Shown: in pieces, positions 27,469-38,805 of the stretch
Layout: each line of letters opens with the position of its first letter
How positions within the stretch are numbered: the stretch's first letter is position 1
NCBI GenBank assembly: GCA_051890455.1
Contig: JBJFEE010000024.1
Coordinates: 6,341 to 70,340, forward strand
Origin: Muribaculaceae bacterium
Lineage (GTDB): Bacteria > Bacteroidota > Bacteroidia > Bacteroidales > Muribaculaceae
DNA: 64,000 nucleotides
Reading direction: 5' to 3'
Notes under the pieces: model-generated
The model's database searches: none
What the model was told of the DNA's origin: nothing
The model's input: the letters and a program-made list of their open reading frames with translations, nothing else
Program-made: the position numbers and the translations under genes

Positions 27469-27549
27469 GTAGGGACGCTTTTTAAAGCGTCCGCATCCGG
27501 ATGGCTGATAGTCAATCCTTTGGCGGGCGCTTTAAAAAGCGTCCCTACA
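27469..27549. repeat. REPIN family A copy 3
   Basis: GTAGGGACGCTTTTTAAAGCGTCCGCATCCGGATGG...CGCTTTAAAAAGCGTCCCTACA. Confidence 0.85.
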
Positions 27550-27566
27550 AATTATTTGGTTCTGTC

Positions 27567-29564
27567 TTATTTGAGGAGGGTGACGCTGCGGGTGATGAAG
27601 TCGTTGAGGTTTTTGCCCCGGAGGAGGCCGTTGCCCAGGAGGGCGAGGTCTATCATCTGCTTGACGAGGGGCTGCCCGGCGGCAAACTCTTTGACGATGG
27701 CCTCCTGCTCTTTGCGGGTGGCGGCGACGGTTTTCTCGAGGTCGGAGATTTTCTGCTCGGTCTCGGCGTCGGGTTTGGTCTTGCCGTCACCGCGGAGGGT
27801 GGTGATTTCGGCGTTATCGGCGTTGACCTTATCCGTGAGCGGTTTGACCTTGTCGGCGACGGAGCTGTCGGTGGCCTGGGTGACGCGGGCGACGAGGGGG
27901 CTGTCGGTGTTGACGACGAGATTGAACGAGTCGGGCAGCTCGCCGTAGAAGCTCATGCCGGGCTGGAGGGCGGCCATATCCTTCATGCGGCGCATGAACT
28001 CATTCTGGGTGATGACGACGGGCATGGAGTTCTCGCCGAGAGCCTCGAAGGAGACGAGGAAATTTGTCTTGTCGACCTCGGGAATCTGCGACGAGAAGAC
28101 TGTGGTAAGCATCGAGCGCTGGACATCGGTGAGGGTGACGTTGCGCTTGTCCTCCTTGAGGATGAGGTTGTCGATGACGTCCGAGTCGACGCGCACAAAG
28201 CGGGTCTTTTCGAGCTTCTGCTCCATGAGGCCGATGAAGTGGCTGTCGAGCTGACCGTCCATTAGCAGGACATCGTAGCCGCGGTCGGTGGCGCCTTTGA
28301 TGTAGGTGTACTGGGCCGTCGGGTCGGTGGCGTAGAGGTAGATGATGTCGCCGTTCTTGTCGGTCTGCTGTGCCTCTACCAGCTTGCGGTATTCGTCAAG
28401 GGTGAAATAGCGGCCCTCGGTGTCCTTGAGGAGGACGAATTTCATTGCCTGCTCGGCGAATTTCGGGTCGGTGAGCATACCGTACTGTATGAAAATCTTG
28501 ATGTCGTCCCACTTCGACTCAAAGTCCTTGCGGTCGGCCTTGAAGAGGTCCTCGAGGCGCTGGGCGACCTTCTTGGTGATGTATCCCGAAATCTTCTTGA
28601 CGGCCGTGTCGCTCTGCAGATACGAGCGCGAGACGTTGAGAGGAATGTCGGGCGAGTCTATCACACCCTGCATCAGCATCATAAACTCGGGTACCACACC
28701 CTCCACCGAGTCGGTGACGAAGACCTGGTTGCAGTAGAGCTGGATGCGGTTGCGGTTGACCTCGAAGTTGTTGTGGATTTTGGGGAAGTAGAGGATGCCG
28801 GTGAGGGTGAAAGGGTAGTCGACGTTGAGGTGAATCCAGAACAGGGGGTCGTCCTGGCCGGGATAGAGCTCGTGGTAGAAGTTGCGGTAATCCTCGTCGG
28901 TAAGCTCGTTGGGCTTCTTTGTCCACTGCGGGGCCGTGTTGTTGATGACCGTGCCGTTGCTCTTGACGGGCACGGGGAGGAAGCGGCAGTATTTCTTGAG
29001 CAGGGTGTCGATGCGCGCCTGTTCGAGGAATTCCTTGTTGTCCTCGTCGATGTAGAGGGTAATCTCGGTGCCGCGGTCAGCCTTGTCGCACTCGCCCATC
29101 TCGAATTCGGGCGAGCCGTCGCAGCTCCACATCACGCCCTTTGCGTCCTCTTTGTACGAGAGCGAGCGTATCTCCACCTTGGACGAGACCATGAATGCCG
29201 AGTAGAAGCCCAGGCCGAAGTGGCCGATGATGGCGTTGGCCGAGTCCTTGTATTTTGCCAGGAACTCCTCGGCGCCGGAGAAGGCAATCTGGTTGATGTA
29301 TTTGTCGATGTCCTCGGCGGTCATGCCTATGCCGCGGTCGGTGACGGTGAGGGTGCCTTTCTCCTTGTCGACGGTGACGGTGACGTCGAGGTCGCCGAGC
29401 TCGCCTTTATATTCGCCGAACGACGAGAGCGTGCGCAGTTTCTGTGAGGCGTCGACGGCATTGCTCACCAGCTCGCGCAGAAAAATCTCGTGGTCGCTGT
29501 ACAGAAATTTCTTGATAACCGGAAAAATGTTGTCGGTGGTTACACCAATTGTTCCTTTTTGCAT
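27567..29564 (-). CDS. htpG: Chaperone HtpG (Hsp90)
   Basis: FLRELVSNAVDA, DRGIGM, IGHFGLGFYSAF, IPLNVSRSYLQ. Confidence 0.97.
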   Translation of the reverse strand: MQKGTIGVTTDNIFPVIKKFLYSDHEIFLRELVSNAVDASQKLRTLSSFGEYKGELGDLDVTVTVDKEKGTLTVTDRGIGMTAEDIDKYINQIAFSGAEEFLAKYKDSANAIIGHFGLGFYSAFMVSSKVEIRSLSYKEDAKGVMWSCDGSPEFEMGECDKADRGTEITLYIDEDNKEFLEQARIDTLLKKYCRFLPVPVKSNGTVINNTAPQWTKKPNELTDEDYRNFYHELYPGQDDPLFWIHLNVDYPFTLTGILYFPKIHNNFEVNRNRIQLYCNQVFVTDSVEGVVPEFMMLMQGVIDSPDIPLNVSRSYLQSDTAVKKISGYITKKVAQRLEDLFKADRKDFESKWDDIKIFIQYGMLTDPKFAEQAMKFVLLKDTEGRYFTLDEYRKLVEAQQTDKNGDIIYLYATDPTAQYTYIKGATDRGYDVLLMDGQLDSHFIGLMEQKLEKTRFVRVDSDVIDNLILKEDKRNVTLTDVQRSMLTTVFSSQIPEVDKTNFLVSFEALGENSMPVVITQNEFMRRMKDMAALQPGMSFYGELPDSFNLVVNTDSPLVARVTQATDSSVADKVKPLTDKVNADNAEITTLRGDGKTKPDAETEQKISDLEKTVAATRKEQEAIVKEFAAGQPLVKQMIDLALLGNGLLRGKNLNDFITRSVTLLK

Positions 29565-29615
29565 GTCGTTAAGTATGTTAGTTTGTTGTTATTATTCGTT
29601 TTGTTGATGGTATTT

Positions 29616-29693
29616 TGTAGGGATGCTCCGTGGAGCATCCGCAAAAAGCTGTTCATCTGACAGTGGTCGGATGCACCAGGATGCATCTCTACA
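29616..29693. repeat. REPIN family C copy 2
   Basis: TGTAGGGATGCTCCGTGGAGCATCC...GGATGCACCAGGATGCATCTCTACA. Confidence 0.85.
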
Positions 29694-29725
29694 TTGATAT
29701 CAGGTGTCCATCACGATAACAACAG

Positions 29726-29741
29726 AGCAAAAAAAATGCCA
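29726..29741 (-). promoter_or_regulatory. Sigma54-like -24/-12 motif upstream of htpG
   Basis: - strand TGGCATTTTTTTTGCT = GG-N10-GC; overlaps hairpin 29735-29759, which may also be the clpC terminator. Confidence 0.5.
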
Positions 29742-29804
29742 CATGTGATATGTGGCATTAATTATTAAACTATGTTAAGAAATTTTGTGGTTGCGGCCCT
29801 TCCG

Positions 29805-32393
29805 TTACTGGATGAGGGCTTTGGGCTCCTGCAGGGCTTCGATGGCCTTCTGATTGCGGATGATGCTGCTGACAATCTTGTCAGAGGTTTTGTCATAGTC
29901 TATGACAACGGTGTCGCCCGGAGCGGCCTCGGCACCGATGATGAGTTCGGCCAGCTCGTCCTCGAGGTACTTCTGTATGGCGCGCTTGAGGGGACGTGCG
30001 CCGTATTTCTGGTCGTAGCCCTTGCCGGCGACGAAATCCTTGGCCTGCTCGGTGAGCTGCAGGGTGTAGCCAAGACCTGCCACGCGGCGGTAGAAGCCTG
30101 CCAGCTCGACGTCGATAATGCGGAATATCGACTCGCGGGAGAGCGAGTCAAAGATTACCAGGTCGTCGACGCGGTTGAGGAACTCGGGTGAGAAAGCCTT
30201 GTTGAGGGCTTTCTGGATGACGCCGCGGGCGTGGTCGGAGTCCATCGAGCCGTCATCGCCTGCGGTGTTGAAGCCGACGCCGCTGCCGAAGTCGCGCAGC
30301 TGGCGCACGCCGATGTTTGACGTCATGATGATGATGGTGTTCTTGAAGTCGATGCGGCGGCCGAGGCTGTCGGTGAGGCGGCCTTCGTCCATCACCTGAA
30401 GGAGCAGGTTGAAGACGTCGGGGTGGGCCTTTTCAATCTCGTCGAGCAGGACGATGGAGTAGGGGTGGCGGCGCACCTGTTCGGTGAGCTGTCCGCCCTC
30501 CTCGTATCCTACGTAGCCGGGAGGTGCTCCGACGAGACGGCTGACGGTGAACTTCTCCATGTACTCGCTCATGTCGATGCGGATGAGAGTGTCGGCCGAG
30601 TCGAACATGTATTCTGCGAGCTTCTTGGCCAGGTGCGTCTTGCCCACGCCGGTGGGACCGAGGAAGAGGAATGTGCCGATGGGCTTGTTGGGGTCCTTGA
30701 GGCCCACGCGGTTGCGCTGGATTGCGCGGACAACCTTGTCGATGGCGGCGTCCTGGCCGATGATGCTTTTCTTGATTGCGGGAGCCATCTCGCGCAGGCG
30801 CTTGCCTTCGGCCTGGGCTATGCGCTGGACGGGCACGCCGGTCATCATGGCCACGACCTCGGCAACCTTCTCCTCGTCGACAATCTCGGGCGACTCGTCC
30901 ATGGACTTGCGCCACTCCAGCACCTCACTCTCGAGCTTTGACGACAGCTCCTGGGCGCGGTCGCGCCACCGGGCGGCCTGCTCGAAGTCGAGACGGCGGG
31001 CGGCGTCGACCTTGCGGGCGTTTGCGTCCTCGATTTCCTTCTCGATGGCGGTGATGTGGTCGGGGGTGTTGACGTTGGTGATGTGTACGCGCGAGCCGGC
31101 CTCGTCAAGGGCGTCGATAGCCTTGTCAGGGTAGTTGCGGTCGCTGATGTAGCGGCCGGTGAGGGCGACGCAGGCGCGGAGGGCGTCCTCGGTGTAGCGC
31201 ACGTTGTGGTGTGCCTCGTATTTGTCCTTGATGTTGTTGAGGATGGTCAGCGTCTCCTCGGCGGTGGTAGGCTCCACCATCACCTTCTGGAAGCGGCGCT
31301 CGAGGGCACCGTCCTTTTCGATGTTTTTGCGGTACTCGTCAAGGGTGGTGGCGCCGATGCACTGGATTTCGCCGCGGGCGAGGGCGGGTTTGAGCATGTT
31401 GGCGGCGTCCATGCTGCCGGACGGGTTGCCGGCGCCGACGATGGTGTGGATTTCGTCGATGAACAGGATGACGTCGTTGGTCTTTGCCAGCTCGTTGAGG
31501 ATGCCTTTGATGCGCTCCTCGAACTCGCCGCGGTATTTTGTGCCGGCGACGAGGCTGCCCATGTCGAGCGAGATGACGCGCTTGTCAAGGAGGACGTGGG
31601 GCACCTCGCGGCGCACGATGCGGAGGGCAAGACCCTCGACGATGGCCGATTTGCCCACGCCGGGCTCGCCGATGAGCACGGGGTTGTTCTTCTTGCGGCG
31701 CGAGAGAATCTGCGCCAGGCGCTCGATTTCGGTCTGACGGCCTACGACGGGGTCGAGGCGGTCGTTGGCGGCGGCGTCTGTCATGTCGCGGCCGAACTTG
31801 TCGAGCATGGGCGTGTCCGGGCTGCCGGCCTGGCGGCCGCGCGCGCTCTGACGTGACGAGGACGAGCCAGACGTGCCTTCGCTGCGGCGGGGCTCGCTGT
31901 CGGTGTCATCGTCCATGAAGTCGGCTCCGGCCACCGGGGTCTCGGCGGCGCGGCCGTTGCCTGAAGCGAGGGCCGATGACAGGGTCTCGTATGAGATGGA
32001 TGCGTTGGAGAAAGGTTTCATAAATTCCATGCTGCGGATTTCGTTGTTGCGGAAAATAGCCAGCAGTAGATGCTCGGGTGTAACCTCGCTGCTGTGCTGA
32101 ATTCGTGCCTCGAGGATGCTCAGCTTGACGATGCGGTCAGTGATGGGAGCGCTGGTGAGCGAGTGTCCCTGCGGCGTGTCGAGGTTGAAGAGCGAGGCGT
32201 CGAGGTTGTCGAGGATAGTCCTGACGGTTTCCCTGCCGCCTACATTCTCAAGGAGCCGGTAACCGGCGTCCTGCGTGTTGCGCATTCCTAATAGCACGAA
32301 CTCGGGAGTGACGACACTGCAGTTGTGACGTGTGGCCTCACGCATGGCCTCGTTCAGGGTGGCAGTGAACTCCTGGGTGTAGTTGTTGTCCAT
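29805..32393 (-). CDS. clpC: ATP-dependent Clp protease ATP-binding subunit ClpC
   Basis: Two AAA+ modules ([16 protein letters not shown]), UVR-like coiled coil, VGF ClpP-binding loop; start MDNNYT at 32393. Confidence 0.93.
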   Translation of the reverse strand: MDNNYTQEFTATLNEAMREATRHNCSVVTPEFVLLGMRNTQDAGYRLLENVGGRETVRTILDNLDASLFNLDTPQGHSLTSAPITDRIVKLSILEARIQHSSEVTPEHLLLAIFRNNEIRSMEFMKPFSNASISYETLSSALASGNGRAAETPVAGADFMDDDTDSEPRRSEGTSGSSSSRQSARGRQAGSPDTPMLDKFGRDMTDAAANDRLDPVVGRQTEIERLAQILSRRKKNNPVLIGEPGVGKSAIVEGLALRIVRREVPHVLLDKRVISLDMGSLVAGTKYRGEFEERIKGILNELAKTNDVILFIDEIHTIVGAGNPSGSMDAANMLKPALARGEIQCIGATTLDEYRKNIEKDGALERRFQKVMVEPTTAEETLTILNNIKDKYEAHHNVRYTEDALRACVALTGRYISDRNYPDKAIDALDEAGSRVHITNVNTPDHITAIEKEIEDANARKVDAARRLDFEQAARWRDRAQELSSKLESEVLEWRKSMDESPEIVDEEKVAEVVAMMTGVPVQRIAQAEGKRLREMAPAIKKSIIGQDAAIDKVVRAIQRNRVGLKDPNKPIGTFLFLGPTGVGKTHLAKKLAEYMFDSADTLIRIDMSEYMEKFTVSRLVGAPPGYVGYEEGGQLTEQVRRHPYSIVLLDEIEKAHPDVFNLLLQVMDEGRLTDSLGRRIDFKNTIIIMTSNIGVRQLRDFGSGVGFNTAGDDGSMDSDHARGVIQKALNKAFSPEFLNRVDDLVIFDSLSRESIFRIIDVELAGFYRRVAGLGYTLQLTEQAKDFVAGKGYDQKYGARPLKRAIQKYLEDELAELIIGAEAAPGDTVVIDYDKTSDKIVSSIIRNQKAIEALQEPKALIQ

Positions 32394-32443
32394 AAATATG
32401 CTGATACTTGTGATAATCGTGATTATTATTGTGATGTGGCTCA

Positions 32444-32524
32444 TGTATGGACGCTTTTCAAAGCATCCACATTTGCTTGAAAATCGTCCGTCCGGAGGCG
32501 GACGCTTTAAAAAGCGTCCCTACA
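32444..32524. repeat. REPIN family A copy 4 (left arm degenerate)
   Basis: TGTATGGACGCTTTTCAAAGCATCC...GGACGCTTTAAAAAGCGTCCCTACA. Confidence 0.8.
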
Positions 32525-32576
32525 GTGGTTCTTGTGTTTTACACTGTCATTCGAGGACGGACTTGAAGCAAACCTA

Positions 32577-32591
32577 ACAAAGAGCGTGCCA
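32577..32591 (-). promoter_or_regulatory. Sigma54-like -24/-12 motif upstream of clpC
   Basis: - strand TGGCACGCTCTTTGT (TGGCAC-N5-TTG). Confidence 0.55.
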
Positions 32592-32690
32592 TAACGTCCG
32601 TTATGCCGGATTGTGTGGCTTTGGCGGGAATTTTAACATTAATTTTTCCTTTGGCAATGTAAAGTTAGTGCTTTTTCGCGATATTTTTAG

Positions 32691-32698
32691 TACTTTTG
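32691..32698 (+). promoter_or_regulatory. -7 promoter element of gyrA
   Basis: TACTTTTG. Confidence 0.55.
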
Positions 32699-32785
32699 CT
32701 TGATAAATTAGCAATAGAAGCCTTAATTTAGCTGTTTTTAATATTTCCAGTCCCCTCAACTGATTAATTAACATACATTTACTAT

Positions 32786-35362
32786 ATGTTGGAAGATGAT
32801 AAGATAATAAAAATCGACATCGAGAACGAGATGAAGTCAGCTTACATTGATTACTCGATGTCGGTGATAGTCTCGCGTGCTCTGCCTGATGCCCGCGACG
32901 GCCTCAAGCCCGTTCAGCGCCGTGTGCTGTATGGCATGAACGTCAGCGGCAACACCAGCGACAAGCCGTTCCGCAAGGCCGCCAAGTCGGTGGGCGAGGT
33001 AATGGGTAACTATCACCCCCACGGCGACTCGTCGATATACGGAACCCTGGTCAACCTTGCCCAGTGGTGGAAGATGCGCAACGTGCTGGTGGAGGGCCAC
33101 GGCAACTTTGGCTCGATAGACGGCGCAAGCCCTGCCGCCATGCGTTACACCGAAGCCCGCCTCGACAAGCTGGGCGAGGAGATGCTGGTGGACATCAAGG
33201 AGGACGCTGTAGACTTCGTTCCCAACTACGACAACACCACACGCGAGCCGGTGGTGCTCCCCACACGTTTCCCCAACCTGCTGGTAAACGGCGGCACGGG
33301 TATCGCCGTGGGTATGGCCACCAGCATGCCGCCCCACAACCTCAAGGAGAGCCTCAACGCCGCCATCGCCATGGTGGACAACCCCGACATCACCATCGAC
33401 GAGCTGATGAAATACATCCCGGCTCCCGACTTCCCCACCGGCGGCATCATCTACGGCTACAACGGCGTGCGCGAGGCCTACCACACGGGCCGCGGCCGCG
33501 TCATCGTCCGCGCCCGTGCCGAAATTGAGCAGGAGGCCAACCACCAGGTAATCGTCATCAAAGAAATTCCCTACGGCGTCAACAAGGCCGAGCTCATCAA
33601 GTACATCGCGCAGCTTGTCAACGAAAAGAAACTCGACGGCATCGCCGACATCAACGACGAGACCGACTTCGAGGGCATGCGCATAATTATTAAGGTGAAG
33701 ACCGACGCCAATGCCAGCGTGGTGCTGAACAAGCTGTACAAGATGACACAGCTGCAAGCTTCGGTGTCCATCAACAACGTGGCCCTGCTCAACGGACGTC
33801 CCTGCACGCTCAATCTGCACGACATCCTCAAGTCGTTCATTGACCACCGCCACGATGTAGTCATCCGCCGCACCAAGTTCCGTCTGGCCAAGGCCCTCGA
33901 CCGCATGCACATCCTCGAAGGCCTCATCATCGCCTCGCAGAACATCAAGGAGGTCATCGACATCATCCAGTCGTCGGCCAACACCGACGAGGCCCGCGCC
34001 CGCCTGATGGAGCGTTTCTCGCTCACCGAGGTGCAGGCCAACGCCATCCTGGAGATGAAGCTGCGCGCCCTCACCGGCCTGGAGCAGCAGAAACTCGAGG
34101 CCGAGTACGAGGACATCAAGAAATATGTGGACGAACTCAACCTCATCCTCAACGACGACAACGAATGCCGCCGCGTCATCAAGGCCGAGCTGGAGGAGAC
34201 ACGCGACAAGTTCGGTGACGAGCGCCGCACCACAATCGACTACACGGCCGGCGAATTCAACGCCGAGGACTTCTACGCCGATGACGACATGATCATCACC
34301 ATCTCGCACATGGGCTACATCAAGCGTACGCCTCTGAGCGACTTCCGCGCCCAGGGCCGCGGCGGTGTCGGCGCCAAGGGCAGCGACACGCGCGACCAGG
34401 ACTTCATCGAGCACATCTACACTGCCTCGATGCACTCGACCATGCTGTTCTTCACCCAGAAGGGTCTGGTATACTCGATGAAGGTCTACGAGCTGCCCGA
34501 GGGTGCCAAGAACTCGAAGGGACGCGCCCTGCAGAACCTCCTCGACATCGACTCGGATGACGCAGTCAACGCTTTCATCAGCTGCAAGCAGCTCGGCGAC
34601 GCCGACTACGTCGCCACGCACTACCTTGTCTTCGCCACCGCCAAAGGCGTTGTCAAGAAGACCTGCCTGTCAGAATACGCCCGCGTCATGTCGAAGGGCA
34701 AGAAAGCCATTATCCTGCGCGACGACGACCGTCTGGTTGGCGTAGAGCTTACCGACGGCAACAGCCAGGTGCTCCTCGCCGACAAGCGCGGTCAGGCCAT
34801 CCGCTTTGACGAGAACCGTCTGCGCGCAATGGGCCGTGTATCGACGGGCGTAAGGGGCATGACCCTTGTCGGCGATGACGACGAGGTCGTAGGCCTGATT
34901 ACCTTCGGCGCGGACAATGAAAACGACACCATCCTCGCTCTCAGCGCCAACGGCATCGGCAAGCGCTCCGAACTCGACGCCTACCGCATGACCAACCGCG
35001 GCGGCAAGGGTGTGCGCACGATGAACATCAACGAGAAGACCGGCGAGCTCATCGCCTTTGCCCGCGTCAACGACGACACCGACCTGGTCATCATCAACAA
35101 GTCGGGCATCACGCTGCGCCTGCATGTCTCGGACATCCCCGTCCGCGGCCGCTACACGATGGGCGTCCGCCTGATAAACCTTGCCAAACGCGGTGACGTT
35201 ATAGCATCGGTATGCTGCGTGCCCGCCGACCCCGAAGCCGAGGCCGAGACTCCGGACATCGACCCCAACGAGATAGCCGAAATCGATGTCGAGAGCGCCG
35301 TCGAGGCCGATGACACCGAGGACCTCGCCGACGGCGAAGCCGAGAACGAGAACGAAGAGTGA
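32786..35362 (+). CDS. gyrA: DNA gyrase subunit A
   Basis: [28 protein letters not shown] catalytic Tyr, GyrA-box QGRGGVG, acidic tail. Confidence 0.97.
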   Translation: MLEDDKIIKIDIENEMKSAYIDYSMSVIVSRALPDARDGLKPVQRRVLYGMNVSGNTSDKPFRKAAKSVGEVMGNYHPHGDSSIYGTLVNLAQWWKMRNVLVEGHGNFGSIDGASPAAMRYTEARLDKLGEEMLVDIKEDAVDFVPNYDNTTREPVVLPTRFPNLLVNGGTGIAVGMATSMPPHNLKESLNAAIAMVDNPDITIDELMKYIPAPDFPTGGIIYGYNGVREAYHTGRGRVIVRARAEIEQEANHQVIVIKEIPYGVNKAELIKYIAQLVNEKKLDGIADINDETDFEGMRIIIKVKTDANASVVLNKLYKMTQLQASVSINNVALLNGRPCTLNLHDILKSFIDHRHDVVIRRTKFRLAKALDRMHILEGLIIASQNIKEVIDIIQSSANTDEARARLMERFSLTEVQANAILEMKLRALTGLEQQKLEAEYEDIKKYVDELNLILNDDNECRRVIKAELEETRDKFGDERRTTIDYTAGEFNAEDFYADDDMIITISHMGYIKRTPLSDFRAQGRGGVGAKGSDTRDQDFIEHIYTASMHSTMLFFTQKGLVYSMKVYELPEGAKNSKGRALQNLLDIDSDDAVNAFISCKQLGDADYVATHYLVFATAKGVVKKTCLSEYARVMSKGKKAIILRDDDRLVGVELTDGNSQVLLADKRGQAIRFDENRLRAMGRVSTGVRGMTLVGDDDEVVGLITFGADNENDTILALSANGIGKRSELDAYRMTNRGGKGVRTMNINEKTGELIAFARVNDDTDLVIINKSGITLRLHVSDIPVRGRYTMGVRLINLAKRGDVIASVCCVPADPEAEAETPDIDPNEIAEIDVESAVEADDTEDLADGEAENENEE

Positions 35363-35461
35363 ACGGCAAAGCACCCGACATCTGAAGTTTAAATCTCGCA
35401 TGGCGACGTTAAACTCTCTTACAGAAAACAAATCAAATACTTAAACCCTAAATAAAACAAC

Positions 35462-36673
35462 ATGAAAAAAATCAGCATCCTTTCGCTGTGCCTCCTGGCA
35501 GGTCTCAGCGCAGCCGCTCAGAAGACAGTGGTCAAGGAGGCCGAAAAGGCAATGAAGGGCAACAAGCCTTTCACCGAGGTTGTGACCATCATCACTCCCG
35601 CCTTCTCCGACCCCACTACCGACAAGCAGGCCGAAACCTACTACATCCCCGGCAAGGCCGGTTTCAACCAGTACAACAACATGCTCGGCAAGCGCTCGCT
35701 GGGTCAGGCCGTCGACACCAAGGAGATGGCTGCCGCCCTGCTCGGCGGCTACGGCTACTACATGAAGGCTCTTCCCCTCGACTCGCTCCCCGATGCAAAG
35801 GGTAAGGTCAACCCCAAATTCTCCAAGAAGATTTTCAGCGACGTCGCCGGCCACATGACCGACTTCAGCAACGCCGCCGTAGATATGTGGAACGACAAGA
35901 ACTACAAGGGCGCCTACGAGTCGTGGGGCATCTACCTCGACATCGCCCGTGACCCCCGTTACGCCAAGATGGTTCCTGCTGTAGCCGACAGCGTAATCAG
36001 CAATGTCGCCTTCAATCAGGGTCTCGCCGCATGGCAGGCCGAGGACTATGCCGGCGCCATCAAGTCGTTCAATTATGCGCACCAGAACGGCTATAAGGGC
36101 AAACAGCTGTTTGAGTACGGTATCGCCGTAGCTTCCAACGCCAAGGACTTCGACGCCCTTCTCCAGTTCGCTCAGGAAGGCAACAAGCTCTACGGCAAGG
36201 AAGACCCCCAGTTCCTCAACCAGATCATCAACTACTACCTCCAGACGGAGAAATACGACGAGGCCCTAAACTACCTCGACAAAGGTGTTCAGGAAGACCC
36301 CAGCAACGCCCAGTACTACGCTCTGCGCGGCATCATCTACGACAACAAGAAAGAGGCTGCCAAGGCCCGTGCCGACTATGAGAAGGCTCTCGAGCTCGAC
36401 CCCAACAATGGCCTGGCACTCTTCTATGAGGGCCGCAGCATCGCCTCTGAGGCCGGTGCCCAGCAGGACGCATACGACAAGCCCGACTACGAGAAGTACA
36501 AGAGAGAGAACATCGACCCCAAGTACCGCGAGGCCGTGAAATATCTCGAAAAAGCTTTCGAGGTTGACCCCACCAACCGCGCCGAGGCTCTGAAGGTTCT
36601 CGAAATCCTCTACTACAACCTCAATGACGAGGCCGGCCTCAACTCCGTCAAGGACCGCAAGGCTGAACTCTAA
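35462..36673 (+). CDS. Exported tetratricopeptide-repeat protein
   Basis: Signal peptide (AAA-Q), TPR-like repeats (YEKALELDPNN); usual gyrA neighbour in Bacteroidales. Confidence 0.85.
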   Translation: MKKISILSLCLLAGLSAAAQKTVVKEAEKAMKGNKPFTEVVTIITPAFSDPTTDKQAETYYIPGKAGFNQYNNMLGKRSLGQAVDTKEMAAALLGGYGYYMKALPLDSLPDAKGKVNPKFSKKIFSDVAGHMTDFSNAAVDMWNDKNYKGAYESWGIYLDIARDPRYAKMVPAVADSVISNVAFNQGLAAWQAEDYAGAIKSFNYAHQNGYKGKQLFEYGIAVASNAKDFDALLQFAQEGNKLYGKEDPQFLNQIINYYLQTEKYDEALNYLDKGVQEDPSNAQYYALRGIIYDNKKEAAKARADYEKALELDPNNGLALFYEGRSIASEAGAQQDAYDKPDYEKYKRENIDPKYREAVKYLEKAFEVDPTNRAEALKVLEILYYNLNDEAGLNSVKDRKAEL

Positions 36674-36709
36674 ATCCTGTTTACCGCCTCCGTGCGGCAA
36701 ATGACAGAC

Positions 36710-36756
36710 GCAAAAGCGGATGCCGGACCCGAAAGGGCTGCATCCGCTTTGCTTTT
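36710..36756 (+). terminator. Intrinsic terminator after the TPR gene
   Basis: AAAGCGGATGC...GCATCCGCTTT followed by GCTTTT. Confidence 0.7.
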
Positions 36757-36859
36757 AGCAAACTTTTAGCTACTTTTGCAATATCGGCGGTAAGCGGCGG
36801 AGCAAGACCGCTTTCCCCGGCGTAAACATTGAATAATACTAACGAAACAGGATTTTGAA

Positions 36860-37429
36860 GTGAGCAGAGATACTGAAGCCAACAACGGGACGAACGCGCA
36901 GTTTGACAAGGCGCTGATGCTGTGCCGCGATATTTTTGTGAAAAAGCTTAAGGACTATGGGCCGTCATGGCGTCTGCTGAGGCCGCAGTCGGTGACCGAC
37001 CAGCTGTTCATCAAGGCCAAGCGCATCCGTTCGCTCGAGATAAAGGGCGTGACGAAAGTCGGCGAGGGCATTCTGCCTGAGTTCATCGCCATCGTCAATT
37101 ATGCCATTATCGGCATCATCCAGTTGCGCGAGGGCTATGTCGACACCAAGGACTTCAGCATCGACGAGGCTCTCGCCAACTACGACAAGGTAGCCGCCGA
37201 GGCGCGTACGCTCATGCTGGCAAAAAACCACGACTACGACGAGGCCTGGCGCGGAATGCGCGTGCCCACCTACACCGATTTCATCCTCACCAAAATTGAG
37301 CGCGTGAAGGAAATAGAGGACCACAACGGCCAGACGCAGGTCTCCGAGGGCATTGACTCCAACTATATGGACATGATGAACTACGCCGTCTTCGGCATCA
37401 TCAAACTCACCGAGGGCGATGGGGAATGA
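36860..37429 (+). CDS. DUF1599 domain protein
   Basis: Two K..DY repeats (KLKDYG, KNHDYD); GTG start. Confidence 0.85.
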   Translation: MSRDTEANNGTNAQFDKALMLCRDIFVKKLKDYGPSWRLLRPQSVTDQLFIKAKRIRSLEIKGVTKVGEGILPEFIAIVNYAIIGIIQLREGYVDTKDFSIDEALANYDKVAAEARTLMLAKNHDYDEAWRGMRVPTYTDFILTKIERVKEIEDHNGQTQVSEGIDSNYMDMMNYAVFGIIKLTEGDGE

Positions 37430-38705
37430 ACAGGCCGGACATCGGCAGACGTTAACGGCCATCGGAATCTGGGCCTTGCGCATAACGCTTGGCGCAGTCT
37501 TCGTCTATTCGGGCTTCGTCAAGGCGATAGACCCGTGGGGCGGACTGTTCAAGATGGAGGAGTATGTGGCCGCGATGGGGCTCGACCTGTCGCGTGCCAT
37601 CGTGCTCATGGGCGCGTCGCTGCTGGCAATTTTCGAATTCTGCCTTGGCGTGATGACGCTGACAGGCTCGTTCCGCCGCCTGACTCCAGTTCTGCTTTGC
37701 GCCTTCATGGCAGTCATGCTGCCGCTGACAGTGTGGATTTATTTCGCCGACCCGGTCAGTGACTGCGGATGCTTCGGCGACGCGCTCGTCATCAGCAACG
37801 GCGCCACGTTACTGAAAAATGTTGTGCTGACGGCGATGGCTGTCGGCCTGCTGTTGATCAACAAAAAAGCTCAGCCGCTCTTTTACCCGTCATTGCAGAT
37901 CTGGGTGGTGATATGGGGCGGATTATATACCGGCTGTCTTGTACTGGCCGGGTTCAACACGCAGCCGCTGATTGACTTCCGCCCGTATAAGGTAGGCACG
38001 GCGCTCGAGGCTCCTAAGGTTGCCGAGCCGCGGTTTGTTTACGAAAAGGAGGGCGTGAGACAGACCTTTGGCGCGGACTCGCTGCCTGAGGATGACGCAT
38101 GGGAGTTTGTCGAACGTGTCGAGGCCAAAAACGCAAAAGTTCCCGGTACGCTGGCAGTCTTTGACGCCGACGGCGAGGATGCTACGGCGGAACTGTATGG
38201 CAAAGCCGCCGGAAATCTGCTGATACTTAACGTTTCCGAGCCTGTCCGACATTCCATTTCGCGCAGCATCCAGGCCAATATGCTGTACGACTACATGCTC
38301 GCCCGTGACGGCGAGATGGTGGCGCTGGTGGCCACAAATCATCCCGACCGGTGGGCCGAGGCCGTCCGCGCCCGCTATCCGGTCTATACCGCCGAGGACA
38401 CCGACCTGAAAGAACTGTCACGCGGCGAGGCCTCGCTGGTCTACATTTCCGGAGACACGATACGCTGGAAGACGGCACTTACAGCCGTCAGCCCGGAGGC
38501 TCTTTCGCCATTGCTCGCCAACGACAAACGCCCGCTGAGTCTGGTGCTCGAGGTGAAAAATCCCAAAAGTGAGCTCGACCTGCTCACGGCCATCTATCTG
38601 ACGCTGATGGCTCTGACGCTTGCTCTTTCGCTGTTCTACGACAAAGCCTTTTTGCGCCGCAAAACCGGTAAAGCAAAGGTGTCTGTGCCTCATGACAAAA
38701 AATAA
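37419..38705 (+). CDS. DoxX/MauE-like membrane protein (BT_3928-like)
   Basis: SGFVKAIDPWG, DCGCFGD, DFRPY; several TM helices. Confidence 0.85.
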   Translation: MGNEQAGHRQTLTAIGIWALRITLGAVFVYSGFVKAIDPWGGLFKMEEYVAAMGLDLSRAIVLMGASLLAIFEFCLGVMTLTGSFRRLTPVLLCAFMAVMLPLTVWIYFADPVSDCGCFGDALVISNGATLLKNVVLTAMAVGLLLINKKAQPLFYPSLQIWVVIWGGLYTGCLVLAGFNTQPLIDFRPYKVGTALEAPKVAEPRFVYEKEGVRQTFGADSLPEDDAWEFVERVEAKNAKVPGTLAVFDADGEDATAELYGKAAGNLLILNVSEPVRHSISRSIQANMLYDYMLARDGEMVALVATNHPDRWAEAVRARYPVYTAEDTDLKELSRGEASLVYISGDTIRWKTALTAVSPEALSPLLANDKRPLSLVLEVKNPKSELDLLTAIYLTLMALTLALSLFYDKAFLRRKTGKAKVSVPHDKK

Positions 38706-38805
38706 GTTGTCAGTATAACGGAAATTTGCTAATTTTGCACATATAAAACGAATACAACTAAGTAAACTAATACAACTAACATTCAAAATAAACAGTATAC
38801 CCAAA

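Noticed and set aside
33010-33060. GyrA QRDR variant (HGDSSIYG) as quinolone resistance
   Set aside because: The Ser83-equivalent is intact and the 87-equivalent is naturally variable in Bacteroidota; no phenotype can be inferred.
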